Shown here piece after piece: positions 9,990 through 22,340 of a stretch of DNA of 64,000 nucleotides. Source of the DNA: an uncultured delta proteobacterium (lineage in GTDB: Bacteria; Desulfobacterota; Syntrophorhabdia; Syntrophorhabdales; WCHB1-27); NCBI GenBank assembly GCA_963810935.1, contig CAWEPK010000008.1, positions 640,001-704,000 on the forward strand, read 5' to 3'. Each line of letters begins with the position of its first letter. Positions within the stretch are counted from its first letter, which is position 1. The translations under genes and the position numbers were made by a program. Below the pieces are notes generated by a model. It saw only the letters and a program-made list of their open reading frames with translations. It had not been told where the DNA came from and ran no database searches.

Positions 9990-10470
9990 ATCTTCCTTTC
10001 CCTCGTGCCCCTTACATGCGTTTGTATTGCCCGATTATATCCCGCCACCCCGCCGAAGGCAACAGGAATGGGGCACATCACGAGTTAGCCGCGAAGCAGA
10101 CCCGGTAGAACGGTTCGTCGGCAATCGGTCCATTCATGAATGGGGCACGCCACTGTGCCTACAGGCATCGCCGTCCCACCGCTTTCAACGTTACTTGTGG
10201 CAATCAAGCGAACGCCATTCATTTAGAAAAACCGATATCACCTACAAGTGGCGCGTTTGGCCAGTAATGAGGGAAGTAAAGATTGCCGCGCGAAAGCAAA
10301 CAATACCCAGAGCCGGCAGCGTGAGCAATTGAGTGAGGCGGCGCATCCTATTCCTTTTTTGGGTCGGGAGAACCTCCAAGACAAGACGCCTATTCTGTTT
10401 CGTTTTTTGGTTCGTTTTCTCTACACTTGCCGTCTACCCCACCAGCTATCGAAACAGCCTGTTTTTACAA

Positions 10471-11319
10471 CTACTGTTCCAAGGAACTAAATATATTTGA
10501 TTCCCGCATCTTATGGCCGTATTTCTTTAAAATATCGTAAAAAACGTCTCTCTTGAAAGCTGCACACCTCCCATCAATTTGGATATCTTCGATAAACTCA
10601 TCATCGATCTCTATACGAATATCAGAGCTGAATTGGAGTATGTCTTCCTCATTTTCAATACCGGCGTGCTCATTCGAAGGGCTGAATTCGATTATTGCCC
10701 TAACCTCGTTTTCGAAATCATAAGCCCTGTCTTTGTACGACCACGGATGCTCCCAAATAAAGATATTAACCATCTTGCCTACAAGTGCGAATTCTTCCCT
10801 TATCTCTTCGCGCCTTGGTAAACCCTTTGCTCTCAATTGTTTAATTGCTTGTTGGACGTCGGTATTTCTTGTTTCAATCTCCCTTTTTGTTTCTGAATAA
10901 TCGATGTATGTTACATCGATTACGTCGACATAGCCGTCCGGTGAAAACTCACATAATTTATGCGGTTGCGTGGGATAAATTCGCACATAATTCTTTAATG
11001 CGGCGCTCAGTTTTTCTCTTGTGGTTTGAATTAGGAATGAGTCAGAATCCTTTGAATAAAGTGACCACATTGCAGCCGAGCTTGGGTTTTTTGTCCAGCA
11101 TGATATGTATGACGATGCCGACTTGCCCGTTATGTTAACATCCGGAAAAAATCTCCTGGGCAGCAGGGTAAATCGTTTTTCCAGTTCGTCTAGAACAAAA
11201 CCGTACCCCTCGTTCTTGTCATTAAATCGAGTTGCCTGACTCATACGCAGGCGCTTGTCCTTAAGCAAAGTATATAGGTCAAAGAAGCTTACGAACCGAA
11301 AGATGTCTTCTCCGCTCAT
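10471..11319 (-). CDS. DUF2971-like hypothetical protein, AT-rich
   Basis: 'FNDKNEG', 'YISCWT...AMWSLYS', 'KDRAYDFENEVR' match the DUF2971 pattern. Confidence 0.65.
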   Translation of the reverse strand: MSGEDIFRFVSFFDLYTLLKDKRLRMSQATRFNDKNEGYGFVLDELEKRFTLLPRRFFPDVNITGKSASSYISCWTKNPSSAAMWSLYSKDSDSFLIQTTREKLSAALKNYVRIYPTQPHKLCEFSPDGYVDVIDVTYIDYSETKREIETRNTDVQQAIKQLRAKGLPRREEIREEFALVGKMVNIFIWEHPWSYKDRAYDFENEVRAIIEFSPSNEHAGIENEEDILQFSSDIRIEIDDEFIEDIQIDGRCAAFKRDVFYDILKKYGHKMRESNIFSSLEQ

Positions 11320-11397
11320 ACTGCCTCCATAGGGATGGGACAGGGCTCAAATCTTTATTCTTGACATAAGGCCCGTGGTCACAGCGCGACGAGAGCG

Positions 11398-12533
11398 TTA
11401 GGAACCATTGAAGGCCACGGATTCAAACAGTCCGTCGGGAGCTTTTCGCGTCAGAACAAGAACATGGCCAAAGCCAAGCGTTCCATGAGTGGCCCAGCAA
11501 TACTCGAAAAGAAGGATATCTTCAATCCCGTCGCCGTTGAAATCTGCTCGTGCAACTTCGATGAGTTGGTGTCCCATGCCTTCAGGCTCAGCGACCTGTA
11601 GAAGGTTTTGGCGCAGTTTAGTAATCACGATAGTGCCGTCAGATACCCTACTTTGATAAGTAGCCGTCAGGTCCTCCTCGGGAATATCTTCGCCAAGGTG
11701 TGGAAACAGCGAAAAGGGCATCAGTTCGAGGTCGACGATTCCGACTCTAGGATTAGCTATAAAGCTGACTTGAGGTGTCGTCGCAGCTTCTAGCGCTGTA
11801 AGCAAACCGCATTGATGTTCGAAGAATGTCGACATTTTGATGTCAAAGGTCGAGTAGGCGTGGAAACCGGCTTTCATTGCTTCGTTGTATTCACGGCAGG
11901 TCCGAACATGAACGTGCTCGTCCGCGTCTACTAGTTAGGGTGACTCCGTCGATGTGGTCAGTCTGGCCCATGCGAATCGGGCGGTCTCGGAGAAATTCGA
12001 TGTCAGCCTTTGCCACAGCACGTACCTCAGTTGCATCAGCAAACTTCATCCCTTCAAGGAGCGTAAATATATCTTCGGGCTGTTCTGAGTGATCTTCGAG
12101 GATTGCAGCTACTTCTGAAGCTTTCAACTCGCCACGTTCAAGGCATTGCTGAAGAAGAATCAAGGCCTTGCCTCGAATGTTTCGGTTCTCGATGCGCTTG
12201 AGATTTGCTTGCACCTCGGCTTTCTCGGTCGCAGCAATAGAAAGAAAGAACCGAGTATGTGCGGGCTCTAGAACTATTGAACCCTTCTGGAGGTTGGCCC
12301 CAGGGCGACACGGCAAGAGATTTTCGTATCCATAGATGTCAAATTCGCTGGGTAATCCGAGTTCGGCCTTCACGATTTTCAGCCTGTGCCGGGTCTTCGG
12401 CGAGGGTTTCCGGAATAACGTGGTCGATGTGAAAACTACTCACATCGAGAGGCTCTCTCGTATAAGCGCACTTCTTCTCGTGTGCCAGCCAAATGGCTTC
12501 TCGTTGAGATGCGCTGAACTTCTGGCTCGACAT
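11398..12533 (-). CDS. HNH endonuclease-domain protein; two apparent frameshifts (~12380, ~11900)
   Basis: 'REAIWLAHEKKCAY...HIDHVIP' then 'ENLLPCRPGANLQKG'; three consecutive ORF fragments read as one protein. Confidence 0.65.
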
Positions 12534-12985
12534 AGGACGCGTGCTCCCTGACCTGCTTATCACGTTAGGTGTTACTCTGTTACATTCAACTTTTTCACAC
12601 AACCCGCCCTTTCTCTTGCTTGGTCTTACCTATTATCATTACCGCCCGTACTCTTCAACGTCAAGAAGTATTGCTTGGGTAGCGACTTCAGGAAGTACGG
12701 TTGCCCTCCGCCTGCTTTGTCGCACTTACCTGGTACATTTTGAAAGAATTGACCCAGAATGTCCGGTTGAGTTTCTGATTGTTCTGCCCTTTCGCCGTGC
12801 TTCAAGGCGTACATCCAACTGCGAAGTTGGCAACTATCCGGTTGGGAACTATAGAAAAAGGCAGCCGAAAACTGACCTACGCTGAAAAGAAAACCCACCA
12901 ACTCAACATCAACCCGCGCCTTCGCGAAGAGCGGCAAGTATGGTTATGCAGATTTGGATGAGCGCGAGCCCTCTTTTGCGTTTGC

Positions 12986-13040
12986 GAGGGGGGGAGGCTC
13001 CATGCGGCCGGGGCCGCTGGAGGGGGGCGCTGAGCCCCAG
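12986..13040 (-). repeat. Dispersed palindromic repeat, copy A
   Basis: Minus strand ggggctcagcgcccccctcca-hairpin-ggagcctccc. Confidence 0.75.
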
Positions 13041-13073
13041 GAATGTGCGCCCCAGACTTGCCGCTCTCCCTAT

Positions 13074-13398
13074 CTATCCCCGTTTTAGTTGTTGCAGCAT
13101 CCGGCGGTCGTGGAACGCCCTCCCCTCGAAGCTCTGTAGGGGCGTCACCTGCCATTCCAGGACCGGCCATAAAGGCAGGGCACGCATTATCTGGTCGAGC
13201 CTCTTCGTTGGACGCGGCGTCTATGATGAACGCTATGGCGCGCTCCGATACCGGTACCCCTCCCGCCAGTATCTTGTTCTCCTGTTGCAGCTTAGCGAGG
13301 GCTTCGAAACCGGGCAGGATGTAATCCTCCATCAACTCTATCATATCTTCGGGCACCGTCAGGGCCGGCCCTCCGCTTCCGATAACCAGGTAGTTCAT
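13074..13398 (-). CDS. Small muconolactone-isomerase/YciI-like protein; apparent frameshift near 13201
   Basis: 'KILAGGVPVSERAIAFIIDAASNEE' continues in another frame as 'LDQIMRALPLWPVLEWQVTPLQSF'. Confidence 0.55.
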
Positions 13399-13599
13399 GA
13401 TGTGCCCTCCTGCACGGAATATACAACGCCTCCGGCCGCGTGTAAAGCGTTTACCGGCCTGAACGAACCGCGCCGGTTCTTTAGGCCCGCCATATAGCTA
13501 CCACATCGCGGGTGAATATGTTATATTGGAATCAGTTTCACGGGTGAAGGCACACCCGTCCCCGAACCGATGTTTTTTATATAAATAGAGGAGAAAGGC

Positions 13600-15072
13600 A
13601 TGAACGAACAGTATATTGAGGAAGGTCTTACCTTTGACGATCTTCTTCTTGTCCCGTCCTTCAGCCAGGTGATGCCTTTCGAGGTCGAGGTATCGACGCT
13701 CCTTACCCCCGCAATAAAGCTCAATATCCCCCTGATAAGCGCAGCCATGGATACGGTGACCGAATCGAAGACGGCCATCTGCATGGCCCAGGAAGGGGGG
13801 TTAGGCATAATCCACAGGAACATGGGCATAAAGGAGCAGGTCCAGGAAGTCGAGCAGGTGAAAAAGTCCGAAAGCGGCATGATCGTCGACCCGATAACGA
13901 TCTCGCCGGACCAGCATATCAAGGACGCCCTCGACTTGATGGCGCGCTACCGCATCTCGGGCATCCCCGTCACGAAGGGCAGGAAGCTGGTAGGCATTAT
14001 AACCAACAGGGACCTCAGGTTCGAGACGAACCTGGAGCAGAAGGTCTCCGATGTTATGACCAAGGATAACCTCGTCACAGTGGACGAGACCAAGGGGACC
14101 AGCCTTGAAGAATCGAAAAAAATACTCCACGAGCACAGGATAGAGAAGCTCCTGGTGGTCGATTCCGAGTACAACCTGAAGGGCCTTATTACGATAAAGG
14201 ACATCGAAAAGGTCATAAAATACCCTTCCGCCTGCAAGGATTCCTTGGGAAGGCTGCGGGTGGGGGCGGCGGTCGGCGTCGGCCCGGACAGGGACGCCAG
14301 GGTCGATGCCCTGGCTAAGGCCGGCTGTGATGTCATCATCATCGACACGGCCCACGGCCATTCGAAGAACGTTATCGATTCCGTGACCGATATCAGAAGG
14401 AATTTCAAGAACATACAGTTAGTCGCAGGCAACGTGGCCACTGAAGACGGGTGCCGGGCTCTGATCGAAGCGGGCTGCGACGCAGTGAAGGTGGGCGTAG
14501 GGCCGGGCTCCATCTGCACCACGAGGATCGTTGCAGGCGTAGGAGTGCCCCAGATTACGGCCATCATGGAGGTGACCAAGGCAGCCCGGAAAAAGGGCGT
14601 GCCGGTCATCGCAGACGGAGGCGTCAAGTACTCGGGCGACGTGGCGAAGGCGATAGCGGCCGGGGGCGACGTAGTCATGATAGGCAACCTCTTTGCAGGC
14701 ACGGACGAGACCCCCGGCGAGATGGTGCTCTACCAGGGTCGCACATACAAGATGTACCGGGGCATGGGGTCGCTCGACGCCATGAAAGAGGGCCGGACGA
14801 AGGACCGTTATTCGATCGCCGAGAACGAAGTAGAATCAAAGATCGTACCCGAGGGCATAGAAGGGCGCGTGCCTTACAGGGGGTCGCTTTCCTTCACCCT
14901 CCACCAGCTCATAGGCGGCCTGAGGGCCGGCATGGGGTATCTGGGCTGCCACAGCCTCGAAGAGTTGCATAAGAACGCCAGGTTCCTACGGATAACGAAC
15001 GCAGGTCTGAGAGAAAGCCACGTCCATGACGTGATGATAACCAAAGAGGCGCCCAACTACAGGATCGAGTAA
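13600..15072 (+). CDS. guaB: IMP dehydrogenase
   Basis: '[10 protein letters not shown]', CBS pair, catalytic 'GPGSICTTR', 'YRGMGS'. Confidence 0.98.
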   Translation: MNEQYIEEGLTFDDLLLVPSFSQVMPFEVEVSTLLTPAIKLNIPLISAAMDTVTESKTAICMAQEGGLGIIHRNMGIKEQVQEVEQVKKSESGMIVDPITISPDQHIKDALDLMARYRISGIPVTKGRKLVGIITNRDLRFETNLEQKVSDVMTKDNLVTVDETKGTSLEESKKILHEHRIEKLLVVDSEYNLKGLITIKDIEKVIKYPSACKDSLGRLRVGAAVGVGPDRDARVDALAKAGCDVIIIDTAHGHSKNVIDSVTDIRRNFKNIQLVAGNVATEDGCRALIEAGCDAVKVGVGPGSICTTRIVAGVGVPQITAIMEVTKAARKKGVPVIADGGVKYSGDVAKAIAAGGDVVMIGNLFAGTDETPGEMVLYQGRTYKMYRGMGSLDAMKEGRTKDRYSIAENEVESKIVPEGIEGRVPYRGSLSFTLHQLIGGLRAGMGYLGCHSLEELHKNARFLRITNAGLRESHVHDVMITKEAPNYRIE

Positions 15073-15088
15073 GGGATAAGGCCCGCCA

Positions 15089-16642
15089 ATGACCTACGGC
15101 GACTACCATCAGGAAATAGTAATCATCCTCGACTTCGGCTCGCAGTACACGCAGCTTATTGCAAGGCGCGTGCGCGAGTTGGGCGTTTACTGCGAGATCG
15201 TGCCTTTCAACACGAGCATAGAAAAGATAAGGTCTGCCAAACCCGTCGGGATTATACTTTCGGGCGGCCCCAGGAGCGTCAACGAAGAGGACGCGCCTAT
15301 CTGCGACGAGGCTGTTTTCCGCCTGGGCGCGCCCCTGCTCGGCATCTGCTACGGAATACAACTGATCGCCAAAATGCACGGCGGCGAGGTCCAGAGGTCG
15401 GAAAAGAGGGAATACGGCCGCGCCCACATTTACAGGGACGGCTCAAGTCCGCTCCTCGACGGCATCGAGGACGAGGACACCATCTGGATGAGCCACGGGG
15501 ACGCGATCATGCGGATGCCCCCCGGCTATACCGCCCTGGCCCACTCCGAGAACTCGCCGTATGCGGCCATCGGCAACGAAGCCGCGCAGGTCTACGGAGT
15601 CCAGTTCCACCCCGAGGTGCACCATACGCCGAAGGGGAAGGTCATACTGAAGAATTTTCTTTATACGATCTGCAAGGCGAAGGGGTTATTCTCCGCCGCC
15701 TCGTTCATAGAGATGACCACCCGGAAGATAAGGGAGGAAGTGGACGGCGGGAAGGTCGTCTGCGCGCTTTCGGGCGGCGTCGATTCATCGGTCGTAGCCA
15801 CCCTCCTCCATAAGGCGATAGGCGATAAGCTCACCTGTGTATTCGTAAATAACGGCGTCCTGAGGAAGAACGAAGGGCAGGAGGTGCTCGACTTATTCAA
15901 GGACCGCCTGCACCTGAACCTCAAATACGTGGACAGCTCGGACAGGTTCCTCGCGGCCCTCAAAGGCGTGAGAGACCCCGAAAGAAAGCGGAAGATCATA
16001 GGCAGGCTTTTCATAAAGGTCTTTGAAGAAGAGGCCCGCTCCTTAGGCGATGTGCGATACCTGGCGCAGGGGACACTCTACCCGGACGTCATCGAAAGCG
16101 TCTCCTTTAAAGGGCCCTCCGCGACCATCAAGAGCCACCATAACGTCGGCGGCCTTCCCAAGCGGATGCATCTCAAGCTCATAGAGCCGCTGCGCGAGCT
16201 GTTCAAGGACGAGGTGCGCGTCGTCGGCCGTGAGCTGGGCCTGCCCCCATACGTCGTGCAGAGGCAGCCCTTCCCCGGTCCCGGCCTGGCCATACGCATG
16301 ATCGGCGACGTGACGGCCGAAAGGGTCGCCATGCTCCAGGAGGCGGACCACATCATTCGTGACGAAATCGAAAGGAAGGCGGATTTCGGCCACGTATGGC
16401 AGTCTTTCGCCATACTGATCCCCATCAAGACGGTCGGCGTCATGGGGGACGAGCGTACATACGCGAACGTGGTAGCCCTGCGCGCTGTCGAGAGCCAGGA
16501 CGGCATGACGGCCGACTGGGCAAGGTTGCCATATGAAGTGCTCGACCTTATCTCCCGCCGCATTATCAACGAGGTCCCCGGCGTCAACCGGGTAGTCCTC
16601 GACATATCCTCCAAGCCGCCTAGCACTATAGAGTGGGAGTAG
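15089..16642 (+). CDS. guaA: GMP synthase (glutamine-hydrolyzing)
   Basis: '[14 protein letters not shown]', 'GICYG', 'QFHPEV', 'SGGVDS', 'KPPSTIEWE'. Confidence 0.98.
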   Translation: MTYGDYHQEIVIILDFGSQYTQLIARRVRELGVYCEIVPFNTSIEKIRSAKPVGIILSGGPRSVNEEDAPICDEAVFRLGAPLLGICYGIQLIAKMHGGEVQRSEKREYGRAHIYRDGSSPLLDGIEDEDTIWMSHGDAIMRMPPGYTALAHSENSPYAAIGNEAAQVYGVQFHPEVHHTPKGKVILKNFLYTICKAKGLFSAASFIEMTTRKIREEVDGGKVVCALSGGVDSSVVATLLHKAIGDKLTCVFVNNGVLRKNEGQEVLDLFKDRLHLNLKYVDSSDRFLAALKGVRDPERKRKIIGRLFIKVFEEEARSLGDVRYLAQGTLYPDVIESVSFKGPSATIKSHHNVGGLPKRMHLKLIEPLRELFKDEVRVVGRELGLPPYVVQRQPFPGPGLAIRMIGDVTAERVAMLQEADHIIRDEIERKADFGHVWQSFAILIPIKTVGVMGDERTYANVVALRAVESQDGMTADWARLPYEVLDLISRRIINEVPGVNRVVLDISSKPPSTIEWE

Positions 16643-16643
16643 G

Positions 16644-19600
16644 TTGAGCGAATTCGTACACCTCCACCTGCATACGCAATTCAGCCTTCTCGACGGCGCC
16701 ATCCGGTTCGAGCCGCTCTTCGCGATGGCCCGCTCCTTTAATATGCCTGCCTGCGCTATTACCGACCACGGCAACATGTTCGGCGTGGTCGATTTCTACT
16801 TTGCCGCCCGCGCGGCAGGGATAAAACCCATAATCGGCTGCGAGGCTTACATAGCGCCGAATGCGCGCACCGATAAGGAACGGCACGAAGACAACGCCTA
16901 CCACGTGGTGCTCCTCGCAGAAAACAACGCCGGTTACGCGAACCTGATGAAGCTCATCAGCATCGCCCACATGGAAGGCTTTTACTACGTGCCGCGCATC
17001 GACAAGGAGATACTGCGCAGGTACAACGAAGGGCTGATCTGCATGACGGCATGTCTGAAAGGCCAGGTGCCCCAGGCGATTCTCCGGAGCGACGAAAACG
17101 GCGTCAACGCGCAATTGGATGACTACCTCTCCATCTTCGGGCCTGACCGGCTCTTCCTGGAGCTTCAGGACAATGGTATCCCCGAGCAGAAGAAGGTGAA
17201 CGAGGGCCTTATTCGCCTGGCGGACCGGTACAGCCTGCCCCTAATCGCTACGAACGACTGCCATTACCTCAAGCGGCAGGAGGCGCGGGCGCACGAGCTT
17301 CTGCTCTGCATACAGACGGGCAAGAAAATGAGCGACACGGACCGCCTGAAGCTCTCGACGGACGAGTTCTACTTCAAGTCCCCCGATGAGATGACAGCGG
17401 CCTTCGCCGGCTACCCTCAGGCCCTTCGGAACTCGCTTGCCATAGCGGAGAGGTGCAATGTCACCATCGAGACGGGCAAGTACCACTTCCCCAACTTCAG
17501 TCTGCCCGGCGGCATGAGCCCGGAGGAGCACTTCGAAAAGCTCTGTCTGGAGGGCTTCGAAAAGAGGATAGGCTCGATAGCCGCCTCTTACGGCAGTTTC
17601 GACGAGGGGCTGAGCGAGAAGTACAGGAAGCGGCTGGCGTACGAGATCGACGTGATAAAGACGACGGGGTTCGCCAGTTATTTCCTCATCGTCGCAGATT
17701 TTATAGGTTACGCAAAGACAAACGGCATCCCCGTGGGGCCCGGCAGGGGCTCGGCCGCAGGCAGCCTGGTCGCCTACTGCCTCGAAATCACCAACATCGA
17801 CCCTATAAAATACGACCTCCTCTTCGAAAGGTTTCTCAATCCCGAGCGTATAAGCATGCCCGATATCGACGTGGACCTCTGCTTCGAAAAACGGGAGCGC
17901 GTCATCGAATACGTCACCAACAAGTACGGCAAAGACAACGTCGCCCAGATCATCACCTTCGGGACGATGAAATCGAAGGCTGCCGTCAGGGACGTCGGCA
18001 GGGCGCTAGGGGTGCCATACGCCAACGTCGACCAGATCGCCAAGCTCATACCTACAACGCTCGATATCAGCATAGACCAGGCACTCTCCGAAGAGCCCAG
18101 GCTCAGGGAAATGTGCGAGAAGGACGAGACCATCCGCGAGCTTATAGAAAACGCGCAGGTCCTGGAAGGGCTGGCGCGCCACGCATCGACGCACGCGGCC
18201 GGGATCGTAATATCGAAGAAACCCCTCATGGAACACGTGCCCCTCTATCGCGGCCAGAAGGGTGAGACGGTTACGCAATACTCGATGAAGACCATCGAGA
18301 AGATAGGGCTGGTCAAGTTCGACCTCCTCGGCCTCAAGACCCTGACGATCATCGACAACGTCATAAAGATGCTGAAGGCGCAAGGGGTCGATCTCGATAT
18401 CTCGCGCCTCCCCCTGGACGATAAAGAAACGTACCGCCTCCTGGCATCCGGCAACGCGTCCGGTGTCTTCCAGCTTGAAAGCAGGGGCATGAGAGAGCTG
18501 CTTACGCGGCTCAAGCCGTCGCGCTTCGAGGACATCATCGCCCTTGTAGCCCTCTACCGTCCCGGGCCGCTCGGCAGCGGCATGATCGACGATTTCATAA
18601 AGAGGAAGCACAACCCCTCGCTCGTCAGGTTCGAGACGCCGATGCTGAAAGAGGCGCTGGCGGAGACGTACGGCGTCATCGTTTACCAGGAGCAGATCAT
18701 GAAGATCGCCACTTCTCTGGCGAACTTCACGAACAGCGAGGCCGACCAGCTAAGGAAAGCGATAAGCAAGAAGATACCGGAGCAGCTTGAATCATACAAG
18801 GAACAGTTCAAGCAGGGGTGCACAGCAAACGACGTCAAGGCGGAAGTGGCGACGAAGATCTACGACGTCATTCTCAGGTTCGGCCAGTACGGCTTCAACA
18901 AATCGCACAGTGCCGCTTACGCGCTCGTGGCCTACCAGACTGCCTACCTCAAGACCCATCACTACCTGCCGTTCATGGCCGCGATCCTGACGAACGAGGT
19001 GAGCGACACCGACAGCCTGATCCGCTACATCACGGAATGCAGGGAGGGCGGCGTCGTCATCCTGCCGCCGGACGTAAACGAGAGCGCGAAAGCATTCACT
19101 ATAGTGGACGATAAAATCAGGTACGGCCTGCTCGGCATAAAAGGCGTGGGGGAGGCCGCACTCGACAGCATACTGGGGGCCAGAGAGGAGTGCGGGGGCT
19201 TTTCGTCATTCACCCATTTTTGCAGCCTGGTCGATTCGAGGAAGGTCAACAAGAAGGTCGTGGAGTGCCTTATAAAGGCAGGCGCCTTCGACTGCATGGG
19301 CCTGAAGCGCTCCCAGTTGTTCGCTCTCGTACAGGACAAGTGGGACAGGCTTTCCAAGAAGAACGGCAAGAACAGCCTCCAGATGGACATCTTCGGCACC
19401 AACGCGCTCACGCGCCTGGAAGACGAGGTGCCGCAGACAGATGAGCTCGACCACGCAGATATACTCAAAGGTGAAAAGGAGGCGCTCGGCTTCTTCTTCA
19501 GCCAGCATCCACTCTCTGCATACAGCCATATCATCTCGCATATAACACGCTTCGACACGGCCAGCATCAAAGAGACGGATGCGGTCGATGATGTCACGAT

Positions 19601-20077
19601 AGTCGGCATAGTCAACGGATGCAAAGAGATCACGACGAAAAGGGGCGACCGCATGGCCAACATATCCCTCGAAGATACGAAAGGGATTATAGAGACCATC
19701 GTCTTCCCCGACCTTTATTCGAAACAACTCCTCCTGATCAAAAGCGACAAGCCGATTGTTGTAACGGGCACTCTCGAGAGGACCGAGGACGGCACGAGCC
19801 GCATAAGGGCGAAAAATATCACTCCGTTGGAGGATGTACAGAGAGACTGGATAAGATAGTGCGCATCAGGATCGATTGCACTCTATTTAAGAAGGACTAT
19901 CTGAGGACATTGAGGGACATCCTGGCCTCGATCAAGGGTGATTCACAGGTCCTCCTGGAATTCCTCCAGAACGGCGAGAGGAAGGTATTCGATGTCCCCG
20001 GCATGCGCGTTGACGCGTCCAAGGCTGTGACCGTCCAGCGCCATTTCGGCAGGGGACTCGATGTTGAGGTGGCTTAA
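16644..20077 (+). CDS. dnaE: DNA polymerase III alpha subunit; apparent frameshift near 19845
   Basis: PHP 'HLHLHTQFSLLDG', 'GRGSAAGS', 'PDIDVD', 'FNKSH'; last ~75 aa continue in another frame to 20077. Confidence 0.96.
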
Positions 20078-20080
20078 CGG

Positions 20081-21039
20081 ATGAGGCGATATTATCTCGA
20101 TTTCGAGAAGAAGCTGGAACCGCTGGAACGCAGGATAGAAGAGGTAAGGAAGTTCCACGATGCCAAGGACCCGCACTACGCAAGGGATCTAGACCAGCTT
20201 GAGAAGCGGATACTGAAGGCGGAGCAGGAGATATACAGCAACCTGAGCAATTGGCAGCGGTGCCAGCTTTCCCGCCATCTGAACCGGCCCCACATGCTCG
20301 ACTACATAGGCAAACTGTTCACGGATTTCGTAGAGCTCCACGGAGACAGGAGATTTAGGGACGACCCGGCTGTCGTGGCAGGGTTTGCCCGCTTTAACGG
20401 CACGGCCGTAGCTGTGGTTGGACACCAGAAAGGCAACAACGTCGGCGAGATGGCGGAGCGCAATTTCGGTATGGCCAACCCTGAAGGTTACCGGAAATCG
20501 ATGCGGATCATGGAGCTTGCCGAACGATGGCGCAAGCCGCTTCTGACCTTCATCGACACACCCGGCGCCTTCCCCGGCGTAGGGGCCGAGGAACGGGGCC
20601 AGGCCGAAACCATCGCCGCGAGCATCGAGTTTATGTTCTCCCTCTCCGTCCCTGTGATATCGGTTGTGACTGGGGAAGGCGGCAGCGGCGGGGCGCTTGC
20701 GATCGGCGTGGGCAACAGGATCCTCATGATGGAGAACGCGATTTATGCGGTCATCTCACCCGAAGGCTGCGCCGCGATCCTCTGGAGAGACGGCTCCAAG
20801 GGCCCGCTTGCGGCGGACGTGCTCAAGCCGACCGCCCAGGACTTATTTTCACTAGGGTAATAGATGAAATAATACCGGAGCCTTTCGGGGGCGCTCACAG
20901 GGACTGGGAAGCGACTTTCCAGACTGCGGCCGCCGTCATCGAAAGACACCTTCGGGAGCTGCTCGCAATCCCCGGCGAAGAACTCAGGAAACAGCGCTAC
21001 ACCAAATTCAGGAACATGGGGATATTCGAAGAAAGGTAA
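20081..21039 (+). CDS. accA: Acetyl-CoA carboxylase carboxyltransferase alpha; apparent frameshift near 20855
   Basis: 'YLDFEK', 'ELHGDR', 'IDTPGAFPGVGAEERGQ', 'GEGGSGGALA'; C-terminus 'VIDEIIPEPFGGAHRD' in another frame. Confidence 0.95.
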
Positions 21040-21042
21040 CGG

Positions 21043-21114
21043 CAATTATTGGGGCTCCCGTCGCCCCCTCATGAAAAGGAAGAGGCATTTTTGCATTATT
21101 GGGGCTCGCGTCGC
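21043..21114 (+). repeat. Dispersed repeat, copy B (internally deleted) plus a tandem partial copy forming the dsrT 3' end
   Basis: attattggggctcccgtcgccccctcatgaaaaggaagaggcatttt, then attattggggctcgcgtcgc. Confidence 0.75.
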
Positions 21115-21641
21115 TCGCCGCCGCCGACCGCTGCAAGCAGACGCGCAAGTCTCTCCTTTTCGGCCTTCACCTCGTTTATCCTGACCCTCGTGATCTGCTC
21201 TTTGAATTCCATGTAAAGGTCGAACGCCTCCATCATCGCCTCGTCGAGCCTGGCTTCAATCACGCGAAGGGCGCCGGAATCCTCCGCCGATGCGGACCCG
21301 TCCGGCAGCTCTCTGCGGATTTCATCCTTCAAGAGGGGAATAAACGAAAGGGCCTTCGATGGAGGGACGTCCTGCACGGCCAGGATGCGTACGGCATCCC
21401 TCATGGATTCTTTTGTCTCCTTCCCCTCGCGGCCTCCATCGAAAAGATCATTCAGGAGGCGATCTAATGCCTCCGTAAGCGTATGGCCGACGGGGTTCTG
21501 AAAGCGGTCCTGCCCAGCCGACGCCGGCGCACAACTCCACGCCGGACAAACGGCCGCGAAGGCAGCGAGACACCGTTCCCGTATCACCCTGCCCCTCTTG
21601 CGCAGCACCTCTTTCAGCACAACAGCCTCAGCCCCTACCAC
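21096..21641 (-). CDS. dsrT: DsrT (RsbRD N-terminal domain) protein
   Basis: 'DRFQNPVGHT', 'RILAVQDVPPSKALSFI', 'AFDLYMEFKEQI...RINEVK'; located downstream of dsrB. Confidence 0.8.
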   Translation of the reverse strand: MVGAEAVVLKEVLRKRGRVIRERCLAAFAAVCPAWSCAPASAGQDRFQNPVGHTLTEALDRLLNDLFDGGREGKETKESMRDAVRILAVQDVPPSKALSFIPLLKDEIRRELPDGSASAEDSGALRVIEARLDEAMMEAFDLYMEFKEQITRVRINEVKAEKERLARLLAAVGGGERREPQ

Positions 21642-21697
21642 TTAAACTGCGTAGTAGTCCTATAAGTCTCCACCGCGTGTGTAAAGTCGGCAATCAT
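21635..21697 (-). pseudogene. Second, diverged 3' end of dsrB (reads [20 protein letters not shown])
   Basis: 21635-21688 encodes the same 17 residues plus stop as 22426-22479, with 6 synonymous differences. Confidence 0.9.
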
Positions 21698-22340
21698 CTA
21701 CCCCCGGCAAAGCCGGGGGTTTGTTAAAACCGTGAACCGCTCAAAGCGGTTAGTTGTGCGTTAGCTGCCTAAAGGCAGCTATTTGTCCTTCTCAAACAGT
21801 TTCATCTGGTCGAGCCTTCGATCTGTCTCTTCCTGGGCTTGGATGTACGCTCGTATGGCTTGCTCGTCCAACCCTATGGTCGATACGCAATAACCTCTGG
21901 CCCAAAAGCTCTGACCTACGAAGTTGCGTCTCCTGCCGCTCATCCGGGCTATGTAGATCGCGCTCTTCCCTTTGATAAAGCCTACCACCTGGGCAACGGC
22001 ATACTTTGGGGGAACCGAGAGCAACACGTGGACGTGGTCCACTACCAGTTTCCCCTCCAGCACCTCGCTCTCCTTCTGTCGCGCCACTCCTTGATGATGG
22101 GCCCTATCTCCTTCCTGAGCTTTCCGTAGAGCACCTTTTTCCGGTACTTCGGAATCCACACCACATGATACTTGCAATCCCATACCGTATGACATAAGCT
22201 CTGAATATCTTCCACCGAAAGCCTCCTTAACTCTGCCGACCGCCTAAACGGTTCACGGATACAGGAGGCTTTCCTATATATTCCCGGAATTGTCAAACTC
22301 CGGGATTCCCCCGGCAGAGCCGGGGGTTTACCAGAATGAA
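21695..22340 (-). mobile_element. IS200/IS605-family element carrying tnpA only; ends approximate
   Basis: Subterminal hairpins cccccggcaaagccggggg (21701-21719) and cccccggcagagccggggg (22308-22326); inverted ccgtgaaccg motifs near both ends; Y1 transposase gene between. Confidence 0.88.
21779..22215 (-). CDS. tnpA: IS200-type Y1 HUH transposase; apparent frameshift near 22088
   Basis: 'CKYHVVWIPKYRKK', HUH 'DHVHVL', 'IKGKS', 'FWARGY', 'IRAYIQAQ'. Confidence 0.92.

Noticed and set aside
11340..12610. Integron cassette/attC sites around the HNH gene (stop overlaps CCTAAC)
   Set aside because: No matching GTTRRRY box or paired L boxes found; no integrase in the window
12541..12961. Short ORFs 12626-12937, 12541-12885 and 12779-12961
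   Set aside because: No motifs, RBS or coding-like composition
13525..13580. Riboswitch or attenuator upstream of guaB
   Set aside because: A hairpin (acgggtg/cacccgt) and T-run exist, but no purine-riboswitch consensus
19830..19870. Programmed frameshift in dnaE
   Set aside because: No slippery heptamer or stimulatory structure; one of many similar indels in the window
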